This document shows positions 1 through 20,335 of a stretch of 64,000 bases of DNA, piece after piece (the stretch's first letter is position 1; every line of letters starts with the position of its first letter). Where the stretch lies: NCBI RefSeq assembly GCF_009914755.1, contig NC_060931.1, one strand, 5' to 3'. A model generated the notes under the pieces. It was not told the DNA's origin and made no database searches. It saw nothing but the letters and a program-made list of their open reading frames with translations. The position numbers were made by a program, and so were the translations under genes. This DNA comes from the human T2T-CHM13v2.0 reference genome, Homo sapiens.

Positions 1-96
1 AGAAGCAGAGGTTGCAGTGAGCTGAGATCAGGCCACTGCACTCCAGCCTGGTTGACAGAGAGACTCTGTCTCAAAAAAAAACAAAAAACAAAAAAA
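1..96 (+). mobile_element. Alu 3' end and A-rich tail (cut by window edge)
   Basis: GCAGAGGTTGCAGTGAGCTGAGATC...ACTCTGTCTC followed by an A/AC tail. Confidence 0.95.
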
Positions 97-1104
97 CTAT
101 GTGGGCTACTCTAAGAACTTATAATTCCCTAAAAACTCAGTCTGCAGCAAAATTCTGAGCTAGTACTGGTTGTTCCTTAATTGTCACTTCTGTGGGCAAG
201 TGTCCTAAACATCTTGGACTTAAAAGCCATGTTAGAGTAGTTTTTTTTTTTTTTTTTACATTTTTTTATTGCCCATTTGTTCAAAGAGAATTGTTTGTAA
301 GTAAATGTATGAACAAGATAAAAAAGAACATTCTGGTTGAAGGGGCAGGAAAAATTGTATTATTTCTCACAGTTAATCTGTGACATGCGGAACACAAAAT
401 GTAATTGGTGAGCTATTAACTTTTTCTCTAATTGTATATTATTTAGGTTTGTCTAATACAAACTGGAATTTCAGGGATATCAAGATGCTCCATGAAGAAA
501 ATAATTTTAGGTCAAATATGTTTGAAGCTTAAAAGTTACAACTTTGTCACCTTTGAAAGTATAAAGATACTAAGTTTCTAGCTCACTTTGATATTAAATA
601 TTCTTAAATGTAAATTTAAAATATATGTTTTTGCCATAGGTTTCTCAGTAAATACTTATTCTCCACATTGCTAAGTAAAATGAAGAGTAAAATGTGCATT
701 AATGTAAATCAAAGCACAGAAGTTAAGAAATTGTTCAGAATAATGAAAGCAAAATTAGGGGCAGGCTCAAATCCCTTTACTATCAATTTCTTTCATTTAC
801 ATGATTAAAGTAATTTTAAATGTCAAAATTCAGGATATTGGTTATCTGGGAGGGAGGCAGGGAATGTAGAGGAGAAGAGAGGTACACTAGGGTTTTCAGC
901 TATATCTGAAAAGTTGTATTACTTTAAAAACAGCTCAAGTAAATTTGGCAAAATGTTAAGATGTTTGTATTTTTGTAAAATTTCCTAAGTTAAATAGGTT
1001 TCTTAAAGATTATATAATGTTTTTACTAATTTAATTTCTAACTACTCAGGAATTTGTTTTGATAGCAATTATTTTAATATTTTTCTTCTATTTTTCCTAC
1101 AAAG

Positions 1105-2080
1105 AATAAAATACAGTGTTGGATCCCTTTCTCCTGTTTCTGCAAGTGTCCTGAAAAAGACTGAACAAAAGGAAAAAGTGGAATTGCAACATATTTCTCA
1201 GAAAGATTGCCAGGAAGATGATACAACAGTGAAGGAGCAGAATTTCCTGTATAAAGAGACCCAGGAAACTGAAAAAAAGCTCCTGTTTATTTCAGAGCCC
1301 ATCCCCCACCCTTCAAATGAATTGAGAGGGCTTAATGAGAAAATGAGTAATAAATGTTCCATGTTAAGTACAGCTGAAGATGACATAAGACAGAATTTTA
1401 CACAGCTACCTCTACATAAAAACAAACAGGAATGCATTCTTGACATTTCCGAACACACATTAAGTGAAAATGACTTAGAAGAACTAAGGGTAGATCACTA
1501 TAAATGTAACATACAGGCATCTGTACATGTTTCTGATTTCAGTACAGATAATAGTGGATCTCAACCAAAACAGAAGTCAGATACTGTGCTTTTTCCAGCA
1601 AAGGATCTCAAGGAAAAGGACCTTCATTCAATATTTACTCATGATTCTGGTCTGATAACAATAAACAGTTCACAAGAGCACCTAACTGTTCAGGCAAAGG
1701 CTCCATTCCATACTCCTCCTGAGGAACCCAATGAATGTGACTTCAAGAATATGGATAGTTTACCTTCTGGTAAAATACATCGAAAAGTGAAAATAATATT
1801 AGGACGAAATAGAAAAGAAAATCTGGAACCAAATGCTGAATTTGATAAAAGAACTGAATTTATTACACAAGAAGAAAACAGAATTTGTAGTTCACCGGTA
1901 CAGTCTTTACTAGACTTGTTTCAGACTAGTGAAGAGAAATCAGAATTTTTGGGTTTCACAAGCTACACAGAAAAGAGTGGTATATGCAATGTTTTAGATA
2001 TTTGGGAAGAGGAAAATTCAGATAATCTGTTAACAGCGTTTTTCTCGTCCCCTTCAACTTCTACATTTACTGGCTTTTAG
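1105..2080 (+). CDS. DBF4: DBF4 (ASK, CDC7 kinase activator) last coding exon
   Basis: Polypyrimidine tract plus aaAG acceptor at 1103-1104. The open frame reads IKYSVGSLSPVSASVLKKTEQKEKVELQHISQ...SSPSTSTFTGF to TAG at 2078-2080, matching the human DBF4 C-terminus as recalled. The ORF-track start at 1178 is an internal GTG. Confidence 0.96.
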
Positions 2081-2200
2081 AATTTAAAAAATGCATACTT
2101 TTCAGAAGTGATAAGGATCATATTCTTGAAATTTTTATAAATATGTATGGAAATTCTTAGGATTTTTTTACCAGCTTTGTTTACAGACCCAAATGTAAAT

Positions 2201-2267
2201 ATTAAAAATAAATATTTGCAATTTTCTACAGAATTGAATACCTGTTAAAGAAAAATTACAGAATAAA
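2201..2267 (+). terminator. DBF4: Proximal DBF4 polyadenylation signals
   Basis: ATTAAA 2201-2206, AATAAA 2207-2212 and AATAAA 2262-2267, followed by GT/T-rich sequence. Confidence 0.65.
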
Positions 2268-2723
2268 CTTGTGACTGGTCTTGTTTTACATTATATATAT
2301 GTTCGTAATTGTTTCCTGAGAATTACAATGAATAATAATTTGCTTTGTCACTGAAAACCACCAGTGAAGTGCAATTTGGGGAATATCAAACTTAGCATTA
2401 TACATTTGGATATTCTAGTTGTATTGTAAATTTTAAAAGATTATCAGGATAACATGACCTTGCCTTGAAAAACCTAAATTTCATACAGAAAGGAAAAATA
2501 CATTTCTATGCTTGAATTCTGGAAATCATCAGAAATATTGACACTTGAGGGTCACTGGTGGACCATGCTAGTATTTTGGTGCTGAGTAATTAGATTATGT
2601 ATAGGGGTAACTGGAAGCCATGAAGGAAGGACTTAACCAGGCTACCAAGTGGAATATAATTTATCTGCTATTTTTAATTACTTACCTTGTAAATAACTTT
2701 AATAATATTCAAAAGTTGACTCT

Positions 2724-3232
<509 letters not shown>

Positions 3233-3437
3233 TCAATTGGTTCTATTGCATAGTACATGAATCTATTGTCACTAAAAATTAGGTTACTAATCTTAATTTT
3301 TTTGAAATATATGATTCTCAGTACAGGACTAATTCATATGCTTTTCCTGCATACATTATTTTGATCATTTGGATAACATCAATGAACACTGGCTTTTTAA
3401 CACCTTTGTTTTTCATACCAGTACCTGAAGTAGGCTC

Positions 3438-3443
3438 AATAAA
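3438..3443 (+). terminator. DBF4: Candidate distal DBF4 polyadenylation signal
   Basis: AATAAA in unique sequence with downstream T/GT-rich tract. Confidence 0.45.
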
Positions 3444-3698
3444 AGAGTCTTTACAGTGCATACACGCAAACCCTGTTTCCATTGTAAATTATTGTTCCAT
3501 TTTCTATCACAAATACATGTATGTATGTGTAAACATACGTAAGGTTTCGTAGACAACCTTTGAAAAATCTAAATGGAACTTGGAAAATTATTTGCAGGTT
3601 TATTTCCCTTTAGTTATCAGTGTTCCCCAAATTTTCCAAATAACTGAAAGGTATGTAAAGTCACTGTATGATCCTTTGACTTTAAGAGTAACAGTGTC

Positions 3699-4002
<304 letters not shown>

Positions 4003-4399
4003 TCAATTTACAGTGGTACTCTGGGCATCATTTTACATTAAGTTATACTTACTAAGGAGAAAAAGTCTGAACCCTTCAGTAAAAGTTGTTAAACTATTTG
4101 ACACTGGATATTGGACTTTTGGAACACCACATGGTCTTCATAATGAGTATTCAGCTTTTTTCAAGTGCTTAAATTTCAGTTTACTTGGAATAATTTCAGT
4201 TTACTTGGGCCACCACATACAGTTTGGATTGTGCTGTGCAGCTATGCAGATGGGCACCCAGCCAGTGAGATGAAGGCAGGTTATTTGCAGCAAGTAGTGT
4301 GTCCTGGCAATGAGGTGCATCTACCTAGAGGTAGGGGTAGTTTTTCCTATTTTTTACCAAGGCACAGCCAAGGTAGTGTTTACCCAGAAGGTTCTTTGC

Positions 4400-4765
4400 C
4401 TTTTTGTTTTTGTTTGTTGTGTGTGTGGTTTTTCTTTTTTTTTCTTTTTTTTTTTTTTTATTGTTTTTGTTGTTGTTGTTGTTTTGATACTAGGTCTCTC
4501 TTGTCCAGGCCTGGTTACCATGGTGCAGTCAGCTCACTGTGGCCTCAGACTCCTGGGCTTAGCTGGGCACTGGCTCATACCTGTAATCCCAGTACTTTGG
4601 GAAGCTGAGATAGGAGGATCACTTGTGATCAGGAGTTCAAGGTCAGCCTGGGCAGCATAGCTAAACTTCGTTTTTACAAAAATATATATACACATACATA
4701 TACATATATATATATGTCTATATAATATATATGTATAATATATATATTTGTCTATACATATATAG
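4400..4765. mobile_element. Minus-strand old Alu right-arm fragment with T/GTT tail abutting a plus-strand FLAM/AluJ left arm and (TA)n
   Basis: GCTCACTGTGGCCTCAGACTCCTGGGCT (-) then GCTCATACCTGTAATCCCAGTACTTTGGGA (+); TA-rich microsatellite at 4682-4765. Confidence 0.8.
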
Positions 4766-4809
4766 ACAAAAGTCTATAAAAAGTCATACCACGAGGCCCT
4801 CATGGTATG

Positions 4810-5109
4810 ACTTTTGGGTTCCCACAGGAGGCAGACTGAGATGGAATTTGGTATGCAGATGTTTTCTAAGGGGTGCCTTTGGACACCAGTTGACCCCACA
4901 GGCAGCTTTTCAAGAGTTGCTAGGTGAAGATGACCAATAAGTCATTTGAGTATGGGTCACTCTAGGAAGGAGCATGACTGTGGGCAACGAGGCTCCTCAG
5001 CTGACACAATCCCTGAAGGAGCTGACAGTAGAAGTTGAAAGCTGTTTACTGTCAGTACTCCCAGAAGCTGGGGCAACAAGTTACTGAAGAGGGATCAGGA
5101 TCAATTACC

Positions 5110-5110
<1 letters not shown>
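4810..5110 (-). mobile_element. ERVL-class LTR (LTR16-like)
   Basis: GGGTTCCC..GCAGACTGAGATGGAATTTGGTATGCAGATGTTT resembles the recalled LTR16 terminus; adjacent to ERVL internal sequence. Confidence 0.6.
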
Positions 5111-8940
<3,830 letters not shown>

Positions 8941-9193
8941 CACATTCACCAAAGTAGATATATTCTGAGTCATAAAAGGAAGTTTACAACACTTAAAAGA
9001 ATAGAAATAATAAAAAATATATTCTCAGACCACAGTGGAATTAAACTAGAAACAAGTAATAGATATCTAGAAAGCCCCAGGTAGTTATAAATAAAATGGC
9101 ACACTTCTAAATAACACATGAGTCAAAGACATAGTCTGAAGAAAAATTAAAAATAATTTGCAGTAAATACGTAACAAAATTTTTGGAATGTAG

Positions 9194-9852
<659 letters not shown>

Positions 9853-9904
9853 ACTATATGCCTATATTAGAAAAGAAGAAAGATCTAAATAATATAAGAT
9901 GAAG

Positions 9905-12290
<2,386 letters not shown>

Positions 12291-12298
12291 TAGAAATA

Positions 12299-12888
12299 CA
12301 GCCATGTGCCGCATAATGATGTTTCACTCAATGATGAACCACATATATGATGGTAATCCCATAAAATTATAATAGAGCTGAAAAATTCCTATCATCTACT
12401 GACATCATAGCTGCCATAATTTTGTAGCACAATTACTTAAATTTTTAATGTTTAGTGCAGCCTAAGTGTACAGTGTTTATAAAGTCTACAGTAGTACATA
12501 ATAATGTCCTAGGCCTTCACATTCACTCACCACTCACTCACTGACTCACCCAGAGCAACTTTGAGTCCTGTAACCTCCATTCATAGTAAGTACCCTATAT
12601 AGGTGTACCATTTTTTATCTTTCACATTGTATTTTTACTGTACCATTTCTATGTTTAGATACATAAATATTTACCAATGTATTATAACTGCCTACAGTAT
12701 TCAGTACAATAACATGATAAACAGGTTTACAGCCTAGGAGCAATAGGCTATACCATGTAGCCTAGGTGTGTAGTAGGCTATACCATCTAGGTTTGTGTAA
12801 GTACACTCTATGATATTGTTACATTAATGATGTTGCCTAAGGGTATATTCCTCAGAATGTATCCCCATCATTAAGCAATGCATGACAA
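12299..12888. mobile_element. Tigger3/MER7-family DNA transposon (non-autonomous)
   Basis: Terminal inverted repeats CAGCCATGTGCCGCATAATGATG / CATCATTAAGCAATGCATGAC; TA at the left flank. Confidence 0.85.
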
Positions 12889-15707
12889 GAGATAAAGATC
12901 TATACATGAAATAGGCAAGACGTGGCCTGTAGGACACTACTTCAAACATACTCCAAGGAAACTATTTCCCTATTCTCAACCCCCACCCCCACACACATCT
13001 CAGAGAAACTGTATTTCCTTTAAACATGTTATCTTTTCAGCATCTTTGCTTTTTACCATTATCATATCTTAGTATATTTATGGATTGCTGCTAGTTCTTA
13101 GCAATACAGAAAATAAAAAGTATCTTTTATGTGCAAGATTATACTTAAAAACTTATTTGTTACAAACATAATTTAATTTGTTTTGCTGGCTTAGAAATTA
13201 TAAAGGCCATAACATTTTAGCTTTTTATACAAACACATTTATATGCATTCATTCTTTCTGGCCAGAATATACATTCATATTTCAAATAGGATTTTTTTAA
13301 GTTTCTAAGAACATTTTTTAAACAATGAAAACTTCATATTTTCAGGAGAAGGAAGAGACTCAGTGACATTAATTAGGGAAGAACATTAACCTTCAGCCTC
13401 TTATATTGCAATTTCATTTTTGAATTGCCCAACTGATGCCACTGCAAATTCTGCGAGACAGGCAAAAAACTGAGTTCCCAAAGTGTGAGAGGGGAAAACC
13501 TGCCTCCGAACACATATCCCTACTGGCGAATATGAAAATCCAGATTACGGAAGAAAGATTTAACCTTATCTAGAGCTGAAACACATTTAGAGAGCTGTGT
13601 AAAATATAAAAGTAGAAGCAGCAGCAAGAGCCTTATAGGCACACCCAGTCTCCAGCTTGAGCCCACGGAAACTATCCCTAACTGGATTTTGCAGGGGCCC
13701 TCAGGCAAGGAAGACAGCAAAATTAGGGAGGGGTCATAGGGTGAAAGATGCTTCCAGTGAAATTCTGTAATAATTTCAAATGGGTATGAACTATCTTGAA
13801 CAGAATCCGGGGGGTGAATGGGGAACTGCTGCAGATACAAGTGCAGGAGGCTTCACCAACATTGTGAGCAGACGGAGAGGAGCAAGGCCTAAAAGTCAAG
13901 TTTGCTTTCTCACCTGGGAAGCTTACAGCATGGGGAAAGGGCTGAGTTCCATGCACAGGCTTCCTGCATCTAACTAAACTTGGCCCTGTTAGCAGGACAC
14001 CGCAGAGGCAAGACCAGCCTTGCCAACAACGTGAGAGTTGGGTGAGGTCTTTTGCTACTGGCTATCCCCTACTTCCCTGGTGAACCATATGGCACAGCCG
14101 AGGCAGCCATAATCTCCTCTGGAACATAACCCCATCGGTCTGAGAACCACACCCCCATCCCCACAGTGGCCATGGCAAGCACCACCTAAGGAGAGTCTGA
14201 GCTCAGACCCGCCTAACCCTGCCTCCACCTGATGATATTTCTCTACCTGCCCTGGTAGCCACACACAAAAGACAAAAACTTGTGGAAGCTTTATGGCCCT
14301 GCCCATTGCCAGAGAAACCAGAACACTTACCCTGGTCAACTTACGGCAAGCTTATATTCCCCTACAACTACCGCAGCTGGTGCTCTCTTGAAAGCATCAC
14401 CTCTTGGTTGGAGGCCAATCAACTCAGGCCATTACAGCAACTCATGACAAAATAACCCTGCTCCCAAGAAGGAGAACACAACAGCTAATACCACTGCCTG
14501 AAACATCCTGGCTAACCAGAGGTCCTGAGTCCATCCACGTGACAACTTTACTACTAGAATAACCAGCATTCAAGAAAGCCAGTACACTAAACATACCTAC
14601 AGCCAAAGATTCTCACAGAGTCACTTTCACTCCCCGCCACCTCCACCAGAGTAGGTGCTGATATCCACAGCTGGGAGAGCCAAAGATGGATGACATCACA
14701 GGAGTCTTTGCAGACATTCCACAGCAGCAGCTCAGAGCCTGGTAGCCCCGCCGAGTGGCTAGACCCAGAAGAGCAATAACAATCACTGCAGTTTAGCTCT
14801 CAGGAAACCTCATCCCAAGGGGAAGGGGAGAGCACTACGTCAAGGGATCATTCCATGAGACAAAAGAATCTGAACAGCAGCCCTTGAGTTCCAGATTTTT
14901 CCACTGAAATAGTATACCCAAATGAGAGGGAACCAGAAAAGTAATTCTGGTAATATGACAAAACAGGGTTCTATATCACCCCTAAAATATCACACTTGCT
15001 CCCCAGTAATGGATCCAAACCAAGAAGAAATCTCTGAATTGTCAGGTAAAGAATTCAGAAGGTTGATCATTAAGCTACTCAAGGAGACACCAGAGAAAGG
15101 TGAAAACCAACTTAAAGAAATTTAAAAACAATACAAGATATGGATGAAAAATGCTCCAGAGAAATAGATATCATAAAGAAAAAACAACCACAACTTCTGG
15201 AAATGAAAGACACACTTACAAAATACACTGGAAAGTTTCAACAATAGACTAGAACAAGTAGAAGAAAAAACTTCACAGCTTGAAGACAAGGCTTTTGAAT
15301 TAATCAAATCAGACAAAGACAAAGAAAAAAGAATTTAAAAAATTAACAAAGCCGCCAAGAAATTTGGGATTATGTTAAATGACCAAGAATAATTGGTGTT
15401 CCTGAGGAAGAATAGAATCTAAATGTTTGGAAAATTTATTTGAGGGAATAATCAGGGAAAACTTCCCTGGCCTCACTAGAGATCTAAACATCCAAATAAA
15501 GAAGCTCAAAGAACACCTGGGAAATTCATCACAAAAAGATCATTGCCTAGGCACATACCGTCAGGTTATCTGAAGTCAAGCTAAAGGAAAGAATCTTAAG
15601 AGCTATGAGGCAAAAGCATCAGGTAACCTACAAAGGAAAACCTATCAGATTAACAGCTGAAACCTTACAAGCCAGAAGGGATTTGGGTCCTATCTTTAGC
15701 CTCTTTA

Positions 15708-16331
<624 letters not shown>

Positions 16332-16880
16332 CTAATGTTAAATGTAAATGGCCTAAATGTTCCACTTAAATAATACAGAATGGCAGAATGGATAAAAATT
16401 CACTAACCAAGTAAGTGCTGTCTTCAGGAGACTCAACTGACACATAAAGACTCACATAAACTTAAGGGAAAGGGACAGAAAAAGATATTCCATGCAAATG
16501 GAAACCAAAAGCAAGCAGGAATAGCTATTCTGGTATCAGTCAAAACAGACTTTAAAACAACAGTTAAAAAAAAAAAAGACAAAGAGGGACATTATATAAT
16601 GATGAAAGGATCATTCCAACAGAAAATTAGCACAATCCTAAATATATATGCACCTAACACTGGAGATCTCAAATTCATAAGACAATTACTACTAGACCTA
16701 CGAAATGAGATAGCAACACAATAATGGTGGGTACTTCAATACGCCACTGACAGTACTAGACAGTTCATCAAGACAGAAAGTCAACAAAGAAACAATAGAC
16801 TTAAACTACGCCCTAAAACAAATGGACTTAACAGATATTTACAGAACATTCTACCCAACAACTGCAGAATATACGTTCTA

Positions 16881-17141
16881 TTTTTTCTTTCTTTTTTTTT
16901 TTTTTTTGAGACGGCGTCTCACTCTGTTGCTTAGGCTGGACTGCAGTGGCACAAGCTCAGCTCACTGCAACCTCTGCTTCCTGGGTTCAAGCGATTCTCC
17001 TGCCTTAGCCTCCTGAGTAACTGGGACTACAGGCATGTGCCACTACACCTGGCTATTTTTGTATTTTTAGTAGAGACTCCTGACCTCAGGTGAACCTCCC
17101 GCTTTGGCTGGGATTACAGGCATGAGCCACCACACCCAGCC
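16881..17141 (-). mobile_element. AluS with two internal deletions
   Basis: Reverse Alu; TSD AGAATATAC(G/T)TTCTATT on both sides. Confidence 0.9.
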
Positions 17142-18050
17142 AAGAATATACTTTCTATTCATCAGCACATGGAACATTCTCCAAGACAGAACATATGGAG
17201 GGACCACAAATAGGTCACAAAACAAGTCTCAGTAAATTTAAGAAAATTGAAATTACAACAATTATCCTCTTAGATCACAGTAGAATAAAACTGTAAATCA
17301 ACTACAGAAGGAACCCTTAAAACTATACAAATAAAAGAAAATTAAATAATCTGCTCTTGAATGATCTTTGAGTCAACAATGAGATCAAGATGGAAATAAA
17401 AAATTATTTGAACTGAACAATAATAGTGACATAACTTATCAAAACCTCTGGGATGCAGCAAAAAGTGGTGCTAAGAGGAAAGTTCACAGCATTAAATGCC
17501 TACATCAAAAAGTCTGAAAGAGCACCAATTGACAATCTAAGGTCACATCTCAAAGAACTAGAGAAATAAGAAAAAACTAAACTCAAACCCAGCAGAAAAA
17601 AGAAATAACCAAGATCAGAGCACAACTAAATGAAATTAAACAAAAAAATACAAAAGATAAATGAAACAAAAAGCTTGTTCTTTGAAAAGATAAACAAAAC
17701 TGATAGACCATTAGCGAGATTAACCAAGAAGAGAGAAGATCCAAATAAGCTCAATTAGAAATGAAATGGGAGATATTACAACTGATATCACAGAAATACA
17801 AAAGATCATTCAAGGCTGCTATGAATACCTTCACATGCACAAACTGGAAAATCTAGAGGAGATGGATAGTCCTGGAAATATACAACCTTACTAGATTAAA
17901 TCAGGAAGAAATAGAAACTCTGAACAGACCAACAACAAGTAGTGAGATTGAAACAGTAATTTTTAAAAATAGCCAACGAAAAAAGATCCAGGACCAGGTG
18001 GATTCACAGCTGAATTCTATCAGACATTCAAAGAAGAAATGGTACCAATC

Positions 18051-18450
<400 letters not shown>

Positions 18451-18962
18451 AAAAGAAATGGTACCAATCTTACTGAAACGATTTCAAAAAAGAAAGAAAG
18501 AGGGAATCCTCCCTACATCATTCTTTATGCCAGTATCACCCTAATACCAAAACCAGGGAAGGACATAACAAAAAAAGAAAACTACAGACCAGACATACCA
18601 AAAAAAGAAAATTACAGACAGAGAGGAAAGCAGTAATTCACAAAAGAAATACTTGCCGTTCTTTTATTTCATTGATATTCTATTTTGGTAACTCATAAAA
18701 TTTAAAATGTAGTTTTCCTTAAGTCTTTAGGCTTAGTTCACAATCTTACTTTTTGTTAAAATAAAAATAAGATCATTACTTTCACTGTTCTTTGATTAAT
18801 ATTCAGTTAATTCATAAATTTGACAGAATAATTTTACCCAACATTAAACACTCTATATATAACTGAGGAAAAAACTTTATAATTTATACTTGTTTTCTCA
18901 GATATATCAAGCACCTAACAAGTTAGACTTACAAATTTGACAAAAGATATCTTCTTAACCTC

Positions 18963-19313
18963 TGCTAACATGTGAATGTTTTTGTCCCCCTGCCTCCAAA
19001 TTCCTATGTTGAGGCCCTAATGTGGTGGTATTTGAAGGTAGGGCCTTTGGAAAGTAATTAGGTCATGAGGGTCTAGCCTATATGATGGAATTAGTGTCTT
19101 TATAAGAATAGGGAGAGAACTAGCACTCTGGGCCATGTGAGAATACAGCAAGAAGGTTGCTGTCCACAAGCTAGGAGTTGGTCCTCACCAGATACTAGAT
19201 TTGCCACGGCCTTCAATTTGTACTTCCCAGCCTCCAGAACTATAAGAAACAATGTTTATTGTTTAAGTAACTGAGTCTATGATATTTTTGACATGGTAGC
19301 CTGAGCTAAGACA
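18963..19313 (+). mobile_element. MLT1A-type MaLR solo LTR
   Basis: TG...CA termini, typical GGACTTCCCAGCCTCCAGAACT-like 3' part, 5-bp TSD ACCTC/GCCTC. Confidence 0.85.
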
Positions 19314-19769
19314 GCCTCCTAAAGAAAAAAAAAACCTATTTTAATTTTTATTACATCAAGATGATGTGTTTGGCCTATGCAATTATTTTAAACATTTCAA
19401 ACATCTTAAAAAATTAAAAATTAGAGTATATGTATAGCAGCACGATCATTATAAAATCTGATCAAGTTCATTTTCCAACGAAGAGAACTGAGTAAAGAAT
19501 TTGGCTCCATCATATAGCAAAGGAAAGTGAAGAACTTTTCCAGGTCCTAGGGTTCTAATTCTCTTTGACTGTAACTATCACAGAACGTACTGCATTAAAG
19601 TCTGTTGTATACTACTGAAATCTTGTTCAGGCTACAATTTCCTGAACAATTCTTAACTGTTTCGCTCATTTTGAAGATTTGGGGAATTTTTTTTGTAATG
19701 ACAGTAAGCTCAATGAAATTTATTTACCAAAAATATGATAGAATGTCCTCTTAGGCAAGAATTTAGGAC

Positions 19770-20060
19770 AAGGAAGAAAAAAGTTCCTCTCTATTGTTTG
19801 CTTGTGAAACAATATCTAAGCTACGTCATTAATTCTGGACACCACACTTTAGCTGGGACATTGACACACTACAGTATATTTTGAGATCATATTGATGATG
19901 AAGGAACCTGAAGCCATGTCACATGAGGCAGGGGTTAAAAAGAAAATAGGGAATGAGTAAAACGCCTCCAAAGAGCATCATGTAGAAAATTTTTTGTTAT
20001 GTTTTACCAAACCAGAATCAGGATCAAGGTGAAGGTTACACAAACCCAGATTTCAACCAG
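19770..20060 (+). mobile_element. L3/CR1 LINE fragment
   Basis: TTCTGGACACCACACTTTAG..GGGACATTGACA..GCCATGTCACATGAGG resembles the recalled L3 3' region. Confidence 0.55.
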
Positions 20061-20335
20061 GGAGATATTGTGGAAAGAAACTCAGACCTGAAAGCAGGAG
20101 ATTTAGGTCCTAGGGTACTTTATTACTCGCCATGGGGTCTGGGGGCAAGTCGTTTAAACTCTGGAACCCAGTGCTGTCTTTCCAATAGAACTTTTCTGCA
20201 TGATAGAAATGTTCTACATCTTAGCTGTCCAATATAGTAGTTACTAGCTACAGGTTCGGCACTTGAAATGCAGCTAGTTTGGTTGAGGATCTGAATTTTA
20301 AATTAAATTAAATTAAATTAAAATAGCCACAAGTA

